Source: an uncultured Haliea sp. (GTDB taxonomy: Bacteria; Pseudomonadota; Gammaproteobacteria; Pseudomonadales; Halieaceae). From it: a DNA stretch of 64,000 nucleotides. Each line of letters begins with the position of its first letter. Positions within the stretch are counted from its first letter, which is position 1. Shown piece after piece: positions 1 to 10,830 of this stretch. A program made the position numbers and the translations under genes. The stretch spans positions 5,640 through 69,639 of the forward strand of contig CAJXWP010000003.1 in NCBI GenBank assembly GCA_913062625.1, read 5' to 3'. The notes beneath the pieces were generated by a model. That model was given only the letters and a program-made list of their open reading frames with translations. It was not told the DNA's origin and ran no database searches.

Positions 1-1
1 C

Positions 2-877
2 ATTATCCAGAGGGGAGACCGTGTGGGGATCGTCGGACCCAACGGTGCCGGTAAATCCACTCTGGTGAAGATCCTGCTAGGACAACTGCAACCAGACGCT
101 GGAAAAATTAATTTCGGCAGCAAGCTGGAAGTCGCGTACTCCGATCAACTCAGAGGCCAACTGGATCCGCAGAAAAACCTGATCGATAACGTCTGCGGTG
201 GCCAAGATTTTATCGAAATCAATGGTAAGCGGCGCCATGCGATCTCCTACCTGGGCGATTTTCTATTTAGCCCCGAGCGCGTGCGTACGCCAGTGAAAGC
301 ACTTTCTGGAGGCGAGCAAAATCGAGCCATTCTGGCCAAACTTTTCAGCAAACCCGCCAATTTACTGGTGCTTGATGAACCCACTAACGACCTCGACATC
401 GAAACACTGGAACTTTTGGAGGAGATACTACTGACCTTCGATGGGACCGTACTGCTGGTCAGCCATGACCGGGACTTTATGGACAACGTGGTTACCAGTC
501 TACTCGTACTCGAAGGGGACGGCGTAGTGAGTGAACACGCCGGTGGCTACAGCGATTGGGACGCACGGGGAGGAAGACTTCAGGATCCTACGCAGAAGTC
601 GACACCCGAATTAGCTCCGACGAGAGCGAGTAAAGATTTAGCAACGAGTACCGTAAAAAAGTCCAAACTTTCCTACAAGGATCAACGCGAGCGGGACAGC
701 CTACCCGGGGTCATCGAAACCCTAGAGCAGCGTCAACAGGTCCTTGAGGACACTATTTCGCAGTCTGATTTTTACCAAGGCGATCACGATCAGGTTCAGA
801 AGGTACTAAGCGAATTGGCGCGCGTAGAGTTCGAACTGGAAACGACGTTTGCGCGCTGGGAAGAGCTGGAAGATTGA
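2..877 (+). CDS. uup: ABC-F ATPase Uup, C-terminal part (5' end lies outside the window)
   Basis: Frame open from position 2; Walker A GPNGAGKST, signature LSGGE, Walker B LLVLDEPTNDLD, C-terminal KLSYKDQRE coiled-coil typical of Uup. Confidence 0.9.
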   Translation: MIQRGDRVGIVGPNGAGKSTLVKILLGQLQPDAGKINFGSKLEVAYSDQLRGQLDPQKNLIDNVCGGQDFIEINGKRRHAISYLGDFLFSPERVRTPVKALSGGEQNRAILAKLFSKPANLLVLDEPTNDLDIETLELLEEILLTFDGTVLLVSHDRDFMDNVVTSLLVLEGDGVVSEHAGGYSDWDARGGRLQDPTQKSTPELAPTRASKDLATSTVKKSKLSYKDQRERDSLPGVIETLEQRQQVLEDTISQSDFYQGDHDQVQKVLSELARVEFELETTFARWEELED

Positions 878-947
878 TCGGCTTAAAGGCCATGCGGTGG
901 TCGCATATTGTCGTCACAATCCTGTGGGCACCGTAAGCGGAGAAGTA

Positions 948-1688
948 ATGAGCACTTACCAACAACAAGTCCACTGCTCCGCCAGTGAAATCGATATCGA
1001 TTTCTGGAGAGCACCGGAGGGTGTCGCTATACCCGATGATGAACTCACTTTTTTGCTTATTCCGGATGCCGTTGAGGCCATGGCAGTGTTCACGTTGTCA
1101 CAACAAGTGCATCGCTACCAACAGGAACAGTCGCCGGATGGAGCCCCTATAACACGGGCATTGATGGCCACGATGGGCGGCATGCTGCCGGGCATACTCC
1201 TCCACGACCACTTGGAAAAGGGTCGATCTCAGGGAACACCACCGATAGAGTTTGGCACCATTGGCATATCGCTTTACAAAGGCCCTAATGAGCGCTACGA
1301 AAATCCGCAGGTACAGCAAGATGTTTCAATACCCGTTCTCAATGACACCGTGCTCATCATCGATGATTTAGGTGATCGTGGTGGCACAATGGACTTTCTT
1401 ATTCAATATGTTGCAGAGAAGGGGGCAAAAAAAATATTAACTCTAGCCCTCTATATGAAGCCAATGGCAATGAGTATCTGTCCGGTAGACTTTTTTTTCG
1501 GCGAACTACAGCAGGATATTTGGGTCATCACCCCACGGGAATACGTTGAGACTATCGTCAAGCGTGTACCCGTCTGGAAAAGTCGGGGCGCAAGCCTTGG
1601 GGAATGTCGTCGACGGCTGGTCGATATTATTGGCTACCCGCAGGCGCTGACCGATTATTATCTCGAAAAAGCGTTTACCGGCGGCTAG
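948..1688 (+). CDS. Type I phosphoribosyltransferase family protein
   Basis: PRPP-binding motif LIIDDLGDRGGT; ATG 948 follows GGAG; the ORF-track start at 849 overlaps uup. Confidence 0.75.
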   Translation: MSTYQQQVHCSASEIDIDFWRAPEGVAIPDDELTFLLIPDAVEAMAVFTLSQQVHRYQQEQSPDGAPITRALMATMGGMLPGILLHDHLEKGRSQGTPPIEFGTIGISLYKGPNERYENPQVQQDVSIPVLNDTVLIIDDLGDRGGTMDFLIQYVAEKGAKKILTLALYMKPMAMSICPVDFFFGELQQDIWVITPREYVETIVKRVPVWKSRGASLGECRRRLVDIIGYPQALTDYYLEKAFTGG

Positions 1689-2872
1689 AGGACCTTCGAC
1701 ACCGACTCAGCCAGGTAATCTATATTCTGGGTGTTCACGCCGGCTACATTGATACGTGAGGAATCGAGCATATACACTCCGTAATCCTGCCGCAGGCGCT
1801 GGGCTTGCTCGGCACTGAGACCGAGAAAAGAAAACATACCTTTTTCTCTCTCAATAAAACCGTAGTCTCTCCCACAGCGTAGTTCCAACGCTTCCCGCAA
1901 TATACTGCGCAGACTATTAATACGCCGGCACATAACGTCCAATTCCGTGCGCCAAATGTCACCCAGATGATCATTCGTCAAAATGCGGCCTGCCAATAGT
2001 GCGCCGTGTGCCGGCGGCATGGAATAGATCCGCCGCGCCGCCACCTGAGCCTGGCTCATGATTGCGCGGGCGTTAGCGGGGTCGCGACAGACAAAAATAG
2101 TCGCGCCAGTGCGCTCACGATAAAGCCCAAGATTCTTGGAGCAAGACGTAGCAATAATCACCTCTGGCAGGCGTTCTACCAGCAAGCGTAAACCCGCAGC
2201 GTCCTGTTCCAGCCCATCACCGAATCCCTGATAAGCGAAATCGACAAACGGAGTAAAACCTTGCTGCTCGGCCATATCAGCAATGACGGCCCACTGAGCC
2301 AAAGACAGATCAGCGCCACAAGGATTGTGACAACACGCTTGCAGTAGCACTGCGTCTCCTACCACCGCGTTTTTTAGGTCTTGAACCATGCCATCAAAGT
2401 TGACGCCGTGCGTTGCAGGATCATAGTACCGATAGGTTTGGAACTCGAGGCCGACACTTCCCAGCAGCGGTATATGCACGGGCCAGGTCGGATCAGAAAG
2501 CCATACCCGTGCACCGGGTGCCGCCGCATGGACAATCTCAGCACCTATGCGTAAAGCGCCACATCCACCGGGAGTCTGTATGCTAGTGACGCGATCGTCC
2601 GCAAGCGCCGCACTAGCCAGCCCCAACGTCAGGCGCTGTATACCAAGATTGAAATTTTCATCACCAGCAGGAGGCAGGTAGGCTTTAGTGACCTCCTCTG
2701 CCTCGAGGGCACGCTGCGCCTGCTTCACGGCTTCGAACACCGGACACATACCCTGATCATCCATATAAATCCCAACGGTCAGGTCAACCTTATTAGGATT
2801 AGGATCTGCTCGGCAGGCGGCGGCCAGACCCAGAATCGGATCGGCAGGCAGTTGTTGAAGATCTTGCAGCAT
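1685..2872 (-). CDS. Aromatic/aspartate aminotransferase (AspC/TyrB family)
   Basis: DPILGL, KVDLTVGIY, CCHNPCG, DFAYQGFG, PLP lysine in SCSKNLGLYRER. Confidence 0.92.
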   Translation of the reverse strand: MLQDLQQLPADPILGLAAACRADPNPNKVDLTVGIYMDDQGMCPVFEAVKQAQRALEAEEVTKAYLPPAGDENFNLGIQRLTLGLASAALADDRVTSIQTPGGCGALRIGAEIVHAAAPGARVWLSDPTWPVHIPLLGSVGLEFQTYRYYDPATHGVNFDGMVQDLKNAVVGDAVLLQACCHNPCGADLSLAQWAVIADMAEQQGFTPFVDFAYQGFGDGLEQDAAGLRLLVERLPEVIIATSCSKNLGLYRERTGATIFVCRDPANARAIMSQAQVAARRIYSMPPAHGALLAGRILTNDHLGDIWRTELDVMCRRINSLRSILREALELRCGRDYGFIEREKGMFSFLGLSAEQAQRLRQDYGVYMLDSSRINVAGVNTQNIDYLAESVSKVL

Positions 2873-3065
2873 AAAAATTCCTTAATCATTTACATCTGTT
2901 GTAACCGCTGTCCCAGTAATGGCAGAAACAGGAACAAGATTATAGCCCAACACTTGCGACGCCGATATTACTCAGAGAATTCACCCCTACTTTTAATTCA
3001 TGCTAGAATTCGGTAACAGCCTTATCGTGTATAAATTTAACTATTTTCGGCGCTAAAAACTATTT

Positions 3066-3797
3066 GTGACTGAAGACCATGATTCACTTTATGCCGACCC
3101 GTTGTCAGAATACGGCCTATTTACGTTCGATGAGAGCGTAGCCCGCGTATTCCCGGACATGATCAAACGCTCTGTACCCGGCTACCCCACTATAGTGGCC
3201 ATGACCGGTCTGCTCGCAGGAAAGTACGCCACCCCCGGCAGCTCAGTTTATGATCTAGGCTGTTCTTTAGGTGCCTCGACCTTGGCGATGCGTCAAAATA
3301 TCCTGCAGCCGAACTGTAAGATCATTAGCTTGGATAACTCCAGCGCCATGCTAGAGCGCTGTAAAAGCATCATCGATACCGACACACATGACACCCCCGT
3401 TGAGCTGACCTGTGCCAATTTACAGGATGTTGTCATCCAGAATGCCTCGGTGGTAGTACTCAACTTCACCCTACAATTTATTCCCACAGCGTTGCGTAAC
3501 GAGGTGATCAAAGGCATATACCGAGGGTTGCAGCCCGGTGGGATCATGGTGCTATCAGAGAAAGTCACCTTCGAAGACCCGCACCTTGATGAGCTCAATA
3601 TCGAACTACATCATCAGTTTAAGCGCGCCAACGGCTACAGTGACCTAGAAGTCGCAGGCAAGCGCAATGCGCTGGAGACTGTGCTTCTGCCGGAGACGCT
3701 TAAGCAGCACAAACAGCGTATTAAGGCTGCCGGCTTCAGCAGCTGCGACGTTTGGTTTCAGTGCTTCAATTTTGCGTCTCTCGTCGCACTTAAATGA
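3066..3797 (+). CDS. cmoA: Carboxy-SAM synthase CmoA
   Basis: FTFDESVARVFPDMIKRSVPGY, YDLGCSLGA, WFQCFNFASL; 4-bp overlap with cmoB. Confidence 0.95.
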   Translation: MTEDHDSLYADPLSEYGLFTFDESVARVFPDMIKRSVPGYPTIVAMTGLLAGKYATPGSSVYDLGCSLGASTLAMRQNILQPNCKIISLDNSSAMLERCKSIIDTDTHDTPVELTCANLQDVVIQNASVVVLNFTLQFIPTALRNEVIKGIYRGLQPGGIMVLSEKVTFEDPHLDELNIELHHQFKRANGYSDLEVAGKRNALETVLLPETLKQHKQRIKAAGFSSCDVWFQCFNFASLVALK

Positions 3798-4771
3798 TCA
3801 ATTATCAGCCTCTGATAGATCGCTGGCGCGATAGCGAACTGGATCGCTGGGCACAGCTGCTGGAACAGCAAATTGACACGGGTCTAAGTCAGGAACGCCA
3901 CGGCGATCTGCCGCGATGGTTGCAGGCGTTGCAGGACTTGCCATCCTTGCCGGTGGAGAGTGTTCACCTAGATACATCCCGAGTGGGTGCAAACTCTGCC
4001 CTGCCTCTTGCGGAACCGATGACGGCACAGCTGCGTGACGCGCTGCAAAGACTGCATCCCTGGCGCAAGGGTCCGTTCGAACTTTTCGGCATACACATCG
4101 ACACAGAATGGCGCTCTGACTGGAAATGGGATCGGCTGCGCGAGAACATTGACTCCCTAGAAGGGCGGCGTGTACTTGACGTCGGCTGCGGCAGCGGCTA
4201 TCACTGCTGGCGCATGCTGGGCGATGGTGCAAAGGAAGTCATTGGCATCGACCCTACTCCGCTGTTTATCGTGCAGTTCTGGGCCCTACAAAAATATCTA
4301 CAGCAGGACAATATCTGGTTACTGCCCATGGGCATCGAGCAAGTGCCAACCAAACTTCACGCCTTCGATACCGTCTTTTCCATGGGCGTCCTCTATCACC
4401 GACGCTCGCCACTGGATCACTTGCAAGAGCTTAAAGGCTGTCTGCGACCAGGTGGACAACTAGTGCTGGAAACCCTGGTAATCGAGGGTGAACTGGGAGA
4501 TACCCTGTTACCAGAAGGTCGCTACGCTCGCATGGGCAATGTCTGGTTTCTGCCTAGCTGCGACACATTACTAAGCTGGCTCTCTAAGCTCGGTTTCGTC
4601 GACCCGCAACTGGTGGATGTTTGCGATACCACGACGCAGGAGCAGCGTTCTACCCAGTGGATGACGTTTCATTCACTGGCGAATTTTCTTGACCCCGAGG
4701 ACGCAAAAAAATCAGTTGAGGGGCATCCGGCGCCACGCCGCGCTATTGTCACAGCTCACGCACCCGATTAA
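3794..4771 (+). CDS. cmoB: tRNA U34 carboxymethyltransferase CmoB
   Basis: HPWRKGPF, IDTEWRSDWKW, LDVGCGSGYH, GVLYHRRSPLDHL. Confidence 0.95.
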   Translation: MINYQPLIDRWRDSELDRWAQLLEQQIDTGLSQERHGDLPRWLQALQDLPSLPVESVHLDTSRVGANSALPLAEPMTAQLRDALQRLHPWRKGPFELFGIHIDTEWRSDWKWDRLRENIDSLEGRRVLDVGCGSGYHCWRMLGDGAKEVIGIDPTPLFIVQFWALQKYLQQDNIWLLPMGIEQVPTKLHAFDTVFSMGVLYHRRSPLDHLQELKGCLRPGGQLVLETLVIEGELGDTLLPEGRYARMGNVWFLPSCDTLLSWLSKLGFVDPQLVDVCDTTTQEQRSTQWMTFHSLANFLDPEDAKKSVEGHPAPRRAIVTAHAPD

Positions 4772-5068
4772 ATCCAACACTGGACACTCCACGCAGGCTT
4801 GAGATTCCCATTATTGTTAGGCGGCGTCTTTACGAGGCCCTAGCGGTCCGATCGAGGTCGTTGCACTTGGGGCCGTATTGCGACAAATCTGTTGCGAGCA
4901 CCTAGGCTTGTGCCATCCTGACCCATGCGCGTGGCCGCCACTGCCCTGATTAGACCAGAAGTTTTTCGCCTGGGTATCATCGAGGCATTTTGCTGCGCTG
5001 CAGTTACCGTTATAATTACGTTTGGCAATAGCTGCCACCTATCGACACTGTTACACGAGGAGAAAGCC

Positions 5069-6352
5069 GTGCATATCGATCAGCTGTCAGTCGCTGAACT
5101 TTCGACACAACGAGACATTGTGCTTAAACAATACAATGCATTGAAAGAATTAAATCTGGCACTCGATCTCACCCGAGGCAAGCCCTGCAGCGAGCAGGTG
5201 GCTTTATCGGACGCTCTGGACGGAGTTCTTCAAGGTAACTATTTCACCGACAGCGGCACTGACGTGCGTAATTATGGTGGCCTAGAGGGACTCGCTGAAG
5301 CGAGGGCGCTGTTTGCTAAGGTACTAGACACGCCAGCCGAAGAAACTTTAGTCGGAGGAAATTCTAGCCTGGCACTGATGTACAACACTATTGAGTTCGC
5401 GCTCACCGAAGGACTTTCTGGCTCTCCTTCAGCCTGGGGAAATAATGATAGGGTAAAATTTCTATGCCCCACTCCCGGTTATGATCGTCACTTCGCCATT
5501 TGCGAGCACCTCGACATTGAGATGATCACCGTACCCATGCTCGACACCGGACCCGATATGGACCGGGTTGAAAGCTTGGTCAAAGAGGACCCTCTCATTA
5601 AAGGGCTATGGTGCGTGCCGCGCTTTTCCAATCCCACCGGCGGCGTCTACAGCGACGACACCGTGGAGCGAATAGCCCGCCTGGGCCTTATTGCAGGGGA
5701 TCATTTTGTCGTAATGTGGGACAACGCTTATGCAGTTCACACATTGTATGATGATGCTTCATCTGTGATGCCCGTGCGAGACGTGTGCCACAAACACGGC
5801 ACGCTGGACAACCTCTTTCAATTCGGCTCCACCTCTAAAATCACTTTTGCAGGAGCCGGTGTTGCGTTTATGGCCAGCAGCGAAAAGAATCTAGCGGGCC
5901 TTAAGCAGCACCTAGCCTTCCAGACGATTGGGCCGGACAAGGTGAATCAGCTGCGTCACGTGCGCTTCCTGGCAAACCCAGAAACACTTGCAAAACATAT
6001 GTCAGCCCATGCCGCCATTATTAGGCCGCGCTTTGAGTGTGTGTTGAATACGCTAGAACACGAACTATCGAACAGCGGGATGGGGGATTGGTCTTCACCT
6101 CGTGGCGGGTATTTCGTCTCGTTCAACGCATTGCCCGGACTGGCTAAAAAAGTGGTGAAGCTGGCCGAATCTATTGGCGTCAAGCTCACACCGGCAGGCT
6201 CTACGTTCCCCTATAACGACGACCCACAGGACACCAATATCCGCCTTTCTCCGACTTTCCCGCACCTTGAAGACGTCAAGGCTGCTATCAATGCTTTTGT
6301 GATCTGCGTGAAACTCGCCTCAATCGAGCACTGTCTGCGGCTGAAGCGCTAG
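5069..6352 (+). CDS. PLP-dependent aminotransferase class I/II
   Basis: LDLTRGKP, DVRNYGGL, PGYDRHF, WDNAY, STSKITFAG; GTG 5069 follows GAGGAG. Confidence 0.85.
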   Translation: MHIDQLSVAELSTQRDIVLKQYNALKELNLALDLTRGKPCSEQVALSDALDGVLQGNYFTDSGTDVRNYGGLEGLAEARALFAKVLDTPAEETLVGGNSSLALMYNTIEFALTEGLSGSPSAWGNNDRVKFLCPTPGYDRHFAICEHLDIEMITVPMLDTGPDMDRVESLVKEDPLIKGLWCVPRFSNPTGGVYSDDTVERIARLGLIAGDHFVVMWDNAYAVHTLYDDASSVMPVRDVCHKHGTLDNLFQFGSTSKITFAGAGVAFMASSEKNLAGLKQHLAFQTIGPDKVNQLRHVRFLANPETLAKHMSAHAAIIRPRFECVLNTLEHELSNSGMGDWSSPRGGYFVSFNALPGLAKKVVKLAESIGVKLTPAGSTFPYNDDPQDTNIRLSPTFPHLEDVKAAINAFVICVKLASIEHCLRLKR

Positions 6353-6394
6353 AGAGGGCAGCGTATTTATGCCATGACGTGCGGCAGAATAACC

Positions 6395-6739
6395 TTACTC
6401 TTCGCCGCCTTTTTTACCGGGGGTCAGGCCCGCGAAGGGTAAACTGGTTACATTGCTATCGGCGGGGGTCACGCTGGAAACCTTACTGCAGCCTTCTTTG
6501 TCCACCTCATCAATTCGAATAATAGCCTGCATCGGGATATAACTGCGCTTCACACCATTAAATTCATTTTTGAGCTTTTCCTCACCCGGATCCACAAGAA
6601 TTTGAGAGCGCTCGCCAAAAACGAACTCTTCTACCTCGATGAAACCCCACATATCGCTCTGGTAAATTTGACGGGCAAAAACCTCGAACACCTGACTGCC
6701 GTTCTGAAAAATTACTTTATATACGGGTTGGTTGGCCAT
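6395..6739 (-). CDS. DUF1820 family protein
   Basis: YKVIFQN...EVFARQIYQSDMWGFIEVEEFVFGE...RSYIPMQAIIRIDEV; divergent from miaB. Confidence 0.8.
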   Translation of the reverse strand: MANQPVYKVIFQNGSQVFEVFARQIYQSDMWGFIEVEEFVFGERSQILVDPGEEKLKNEFNGVKRSYIPMQAIIRIDEVDKEGCSKVSSVTPADSNVTSLPFAGLTPGKKGGEE

Positions 6740-7052
6740 TGTATTCTCGTGTAACAGCTGGAGCGAAGTCACTACCCTACAGAAAAACAGCGGCAGGATG
6801 CGTGACTTTGATGAGCAGTAATATTACCACCGCGTCCGCAGAATACCACTTTCGGCTCGAGTATACCCACACTCTGTAGCGATATAACCCTCGCATTATA
6901 ACGGATATAGCGTGGTTTCGTGTTTAGACACCGCTGAATATCATAACGGTCCAAGCGGGTCGCACTAGGTTTGACGCCGGCAACTCTGTACACTCAAATC
7001 CTCATTTTTTCACTTGGAGCGATATCAGCGGTCAGCCCGTTGCAATATTACC

Positions 7053-8384
7053 GTGAGCAAGAAACTCTACATCAAAACCCATGGCTGTCAGATGAACGAA
7101 TACGACTCAGCTCGTATGCGAGATTTATTGCAGGAAAGCCATAACCTAGTGTCCACAGATAATCCTGAGGACGCCGATGTATTGCTTTTAAATACTTGTT
7201 CTATAAGGGAAAAAGCTCAAGAAAAGGTGTTTCATCAGCTGGGGCGCTGGAAGAAGCTGAAACAAAAAAATCCCGGGCTAATCATCGGCGTAGGCGGCTG
7301 CGTCGCCAGCCAAGAAGGCGCAGAAATCGGTCGTCGTGCTCCCTATGTCGACCTCGTTTTCGGCCCACAGACTCTCCATCGACTGCCCGAAATGTTGGAA
7401 CAACGCGGCGCCGGCGACACACTGGTTGTGGATATCAGTTTTCCAGAAATCGAGAAATTCGACAATCTTCCTCAGCCCAAGGTGGAGGGTCCCAGCGCTT
7501 TCGTGTCCGTGATGGAAGGTTGCAGCAAATACTGCACCTTTTGCGTCGTGCCTTATACCCGTGGAGAGGAGGTCTCCAGACCCCTAGATGATGTGATCGC
7601 CGAAATCGCTCACTTGGCCGCTGGCGGGGTCCATGAAGTCAACCTGTTGGGACAAAATGTCAACGCCTATCGCGGACCCAACCACGAGGGCGAGATCGTC
7701 GACTTTGCCGAACTCCTGCATTTTGTTTCCCGCATCCCCGGTATAGAGCGCATCCGCTACACAACTTCTCACCCCGTGGAGTTTTCCGACGCACTGATCG
7801 ACGCCTACGCTCAAATACCACAGCTGGTGGACCATCTGCATCTGCCGGTACAAAGCGGCTCTGACCGCATCCTTGCCGCCATGAAACGTGGTCATACTGC
7901 GCTGGAATACAAATCGAAAATACGCCGCCTGCGCGCTATCCGTCCCAACATCAGCATCTCTTCGGACTTTATTATTGGTTTTCCCGGTGAGACCGAGGAT
8001 GACTTTGCTGCCACCATGAAGCTGATTGAGACGATAGGGTTTGACAGCTCGTTCAGCTTTATTTACAGCGCTCGCCCGGGAACGCCCGCAGCGGAACTCC
8101 CGGATAACATCAGCGAGGACATCAAGAAGCAGCGGCTGCAAATATTGCAGGCGCGAATTCTCCAGCAGGCTGCGGAGATCAGTCGCCGCATGGTCGGCAC
8201 AACGCAGCGTATTCTGGTGACCGGCCTGTCCAAAAAAGACCCTGGCCAGCTGCAGGGCCGCACTGAAAACAATCGGGCGGTGAATTTTTCAACGACTGAC
8301 GTGTCACTGATCGGACGTTTTGTGGATGTTGAAATCGTGGATGCCCTGCCTAATTCTTTGCGCGGAGTGATATTCGATGGTTGA
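7053..8384 (+). CDS. miaB: tRNA-2-methylthio-N6-dimethylallyladenosine synthase MiaB
   Basis: [24 protein letters not shown], radical-SAM CSKYCTFC, C-terminal TRAM domain; GTG start at 7053. Confidence 0.97.
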   Translation: MSKKLYIKTHGCQMNEYDSARMRDLLQESHNLVSTDNPEDADVLLLNTCSIREKAQEKVFHQLGRWKKLKQKNPGLIIGVGGCVASQEGAEIGRRAPYVDLVFGPQTLHRLPEMLEQRGAGDTLVVDISFPEIEKFDNLPQPKVEGPSAFVSVMEGCSKYCTFCVVPYTRGEEVSRPLDDVIAEIAHLAAGGVHEVNLLGQNVNAYRGPNHEGEIVDFAELLHFVSRIPGIERIRYTTSHPVEFSDALIDAYAQIPQLVDHLHLPVQSGSDRILAAMKRGHTALEYKSKIRRLRAIRPNISISSDFIIGFPGETEDDFAATMKLIETIGFDSSFSFIYSARPGTPAAELPDNISEDIKKQRLQILQARILQQAAEISRRMVGTTQRILVTGLSKKDPGQLQGRTENNRAVNFSTTDVSLIGRFVDVEIVDALPNSLRGVIFDG

Positions 8385-8447
8385 CGCCCGCGAATTCCGG
8401 TATATCCTTACGATTCATTGGATGGCCATTGGTGGCGACAGGATACT

Positions 8448-9482
8448 TTGAACAGCAAACCTCCCCCACAACCGTCTCCTCGACAGTTGACTCAACAAAG
8501 CCTGACTCTGGAACCCGATGATGCACGTCAGCTGGCGACGTTGTGTGGCCATCTGGATGGTCATTTACGTCAAATAGAGCAGCGCCTTGGGGTCAGTATC
8601 AACGCCCGGGGCAACCAGCTGCAACTTAGTGGTCCCGCTGTGAATGTGGCAACAGCTGAGCAGCTGCTGATTCGTGTCTATACTGAGGTCTGCCAGGGCG
8701 TGGCACTGAGTCCAGAATCACTGCACCTGCACCTGCATGAGGCCGAATTGGGAAGTCTGATCGAATCATCAAGTTCCGGCCCATCCATTGCGCCTACGCA
8801 GATCATTCGCACCAAACGGATCTCCGTCAAACCGCGCGGCGAAAACCAGCAAGGCTATGTAAAAACTATCAAGGATTTCGACATCACCTTTGGTATAGGT
8901 CCGGCCGGCACTGGCAAGACCTACCTTGCGGTCGCATGTGGCGTCGAGGCCTTACTTGAAGAAAGGGTGCGCCGTATCATGCTCGTGCGGCCAGCCGTAG
9001 AGGCGGGCGAGAAGTTAGGTTTCCTGCCAGGCGATCTGAGCCAAAAAATTGATCCCTATTTGCGCCCACTCTACGATGCCCTCTATGAAATGCTGGGCTT
9101 CGAAACGGTCAGTAAATATATCGAGCGCAATATTATCGAAGTCGCGCCCCTGGCCTTCATGCGTGGGCGAACGCTGAATAATGCTTTCATCATCCTCGAT
9201 GAGGCACAAAACACCACCCGGGAACAAATGAAAATGTTCCTCACTCGCATCGGCTTTGGCTCCACCGCGGTAATCACCGGCGACGCCACACAAATCGACT
9301 TACCCCGAGGTTCTCCATCGGGGCTGACACATGCAAGCAATATACTGGACGGCGTTCCAGGCTTAGGGTTTACCTATTTTGGCAATAAAGATGTGGTTCG
9401 CCATCCACTGGTGCAACGCATTGTCGAGGCCTATGATATTGCTGAGAATAACGCCACACCTCTGGACAAGCGTCAGCCATGA
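8448..9482 (+). CDS. phoH: PhoH-like ATPase (YbeZ)
   Basis: GPAGTGKTY, RPAVEAGEKLGFLPGD, FMRGRT, DEAQN; lies in the miaB-ybeZ-ybeY-corC-lnt operon. Confidence 0.93.
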   Translation: MNSKPPPQPSPRQLTQQSLTLEPDDARQLATLCGHLDGHLRQIEQRLGVSINARGNQLQLSGPAVNVATAEQLLIRVYTEVCQGVALSPESLHLHLHEAELGSLIESSSSGPSIAPTQIIRTKRISVKPRGENQQGYVKTIKDFDITFGIGPAGTGKTYLAVACGVEALLEERVRRIMLVRPAVEAGEKLGFLPGDLSQKIDPYLRPLYDALYEMLGFETVSKYIERNIIEVAPLAFMRGRTLNNAFIILDEAQNTTREQMKMFLTRIGFGSTAVITGDATQIDLPRGSPSGLTHASNILDGVPGLGFTYFGNKDVVRHPLVQRIVEAYDIAENNATPLDKRQP

Positions 9483-9958
9483 AGCTGCTCGTGGATATTC
9501 AAAGCGCAAGCAGCGAGCCTCTGCCAAAGGAGGAAGACATACGCAAATGGATAGGAGCAGCATTAACCGGCCGAGCAACACAGAAGCAGGTCGAAATCAG
9601 TGTGCGCCTTGTCGACCAGACTGAAATGGCACAGCTGAACGAAACCTACCGAGGTATAAAAGGGACGACCAACGTGCTGTCCTTTCCAGCAAACTTACCT
9701 GTGGAACTGGACATACCTCTGCTGGGTGATATCGTCATCTGTGCGCCAGTAGTCGGGGCTGAGGCGGTACAGCAAGGCAAGACCGAGAAAGCACATTGGG
9801 CCCATCTGACCGTTCATGGCGCCCTCCATCTGTTGGGCTATGATCATATTCAAGAGGAAGACGCTAAAATAATGGAAGCGCTGGAAAGCACCATTCTTAT
9901 GGACCTAAATTACGCGTGTCCGTACAACCTAACTCAGCCCTGCGAGCATTTACCGTGA
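9479..9958 (+). CDS. ybeY: Endoribonuclease YbeY
   Basis: TNVLSFP, HLTVHGALHLLGYDH metal motif. Confidence 0.95.
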   Translation: MKLLVDIQSASSEPLPKEEDIRKWIGAALTGRATQKQVEISVRLVDQTEMAQLNETYRGIKGTTNVLSFPANLPVELDIPLLGDIVICAPVVGAEAVQQGKTEKAHWAHLTVHGALHLLGYDHIQEEDAKIMEALESTILMDLNYACPYNLTQPCEHLP

Positions 9959-10803
9959 CGAACGACGATCGCTCTGGGAGTTTGGCCAGCGATAAATCCT
10001 GGATGGACAAAATAGCTTTACTGTTCAACTCTGAACCACGCACCCGTCGGGACCTCGAAGATGTGTTAACTGTCGCCGCTGATAACGAGGTCATAGACCA
10101 AGACGCTCGCAGCATCATGGAAGGGGCGATGCAGGTCAGTGATATGCAAACCAGGGACATCATGATTCCTCGCTCGCAAATGGTGTCTATTAAGGCGGAA
10201 GCGACTCTGGAGGACATTTTGCCTCAGATCATTGCGTCGGCCCACTCCCGCTATCCGGTGATTGGCGACAGTCCCGACGATATACGGGGTATTCTGCTGG
10301 CCAAAGATCTTCTACCACAAATTCTCGAGCCGGATAATGACACTTTCAAAGTGACCGATATGCTGCGCACCACGATGGTGGTCCCGGAGAGTAAGCGCCT
10401 TAATATATTGCTGCGCGAATTTCGTGAAAAGCGCAATCATATGGCTATCGTTATCGATGAATACGGCGGCGTAGCCGGACTTGTGACCATCGAAGATGTG
10501 CTGGAGGAAATCGTCGGCGAGATCGAGGATGAAACCGACACTGAAGCCGATCGATTTATTCACGTGATAGCTGACCAATTATTTATGGTGAATGCGCTCA
10601 CACCCATTGAAGCGTTCAATACTTTTTTTGAATCCCAGTGCAGCGATGAAGAATTCGATACTATCGGAGGCTTGGTCATACAGGCGTTCGGACATATGCC
10701 TGCGCGTAATGAAGTTACCGTTATTGATGGTTTCAAATTTGAGGTGGTCAAAGCCGACCAGCGAAAAATTTACAGCCTCCACGTTAGCCCGTCTCAAGAC
10801 TAG
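9955..10803 (+). CDS. corC: HlyC/CorC family CBS-domain transporter-associated protein
   Basis: IMIPRSQMV, HSRYPV, HMAIVIDEYGGVAGLVTIEDVLEEIVGEIEDE; GTG overlaps the ybeY stop. Confidence 0.92.
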   Translation: MTNDDRSGSLASDKSWMDKIALLFNSEPRTRRDLEDVLTVAADNEVIDQDARSIMEGAMQVSDMQTRDIMIPRSQMVSIKAEATLEDILPQIIASAHSRYPVIGDSPDDIRGILLAKDLLPQILEPDNDTFKVTDMLRTTMVVPESKRLNILLREFREKRNHMAIVIDEYGGVAGLVTIEDVLEEIVGEIEDETDTEADRFIHVIADQLFMVNALTPIEAFNTFFESQCSDEEFDTIGGLVIQAFGHMPARNEVTVIDGFKFEVVKADQRKIYSLHVSPSQD

Positions 10804-10830
10804 CCAGAAAACAAACAGCGATATTAATTC

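Noticed and set aside
4925-5068. Longer N-terminus of the aminotransferase given in the ORF track
   Set aside because: GTG 5069 has a clear GAGGAG RBS and family similarity begins after it; similar over-extensions were trimmed for miaB, phoH, corC, imuA, pfp and dksA
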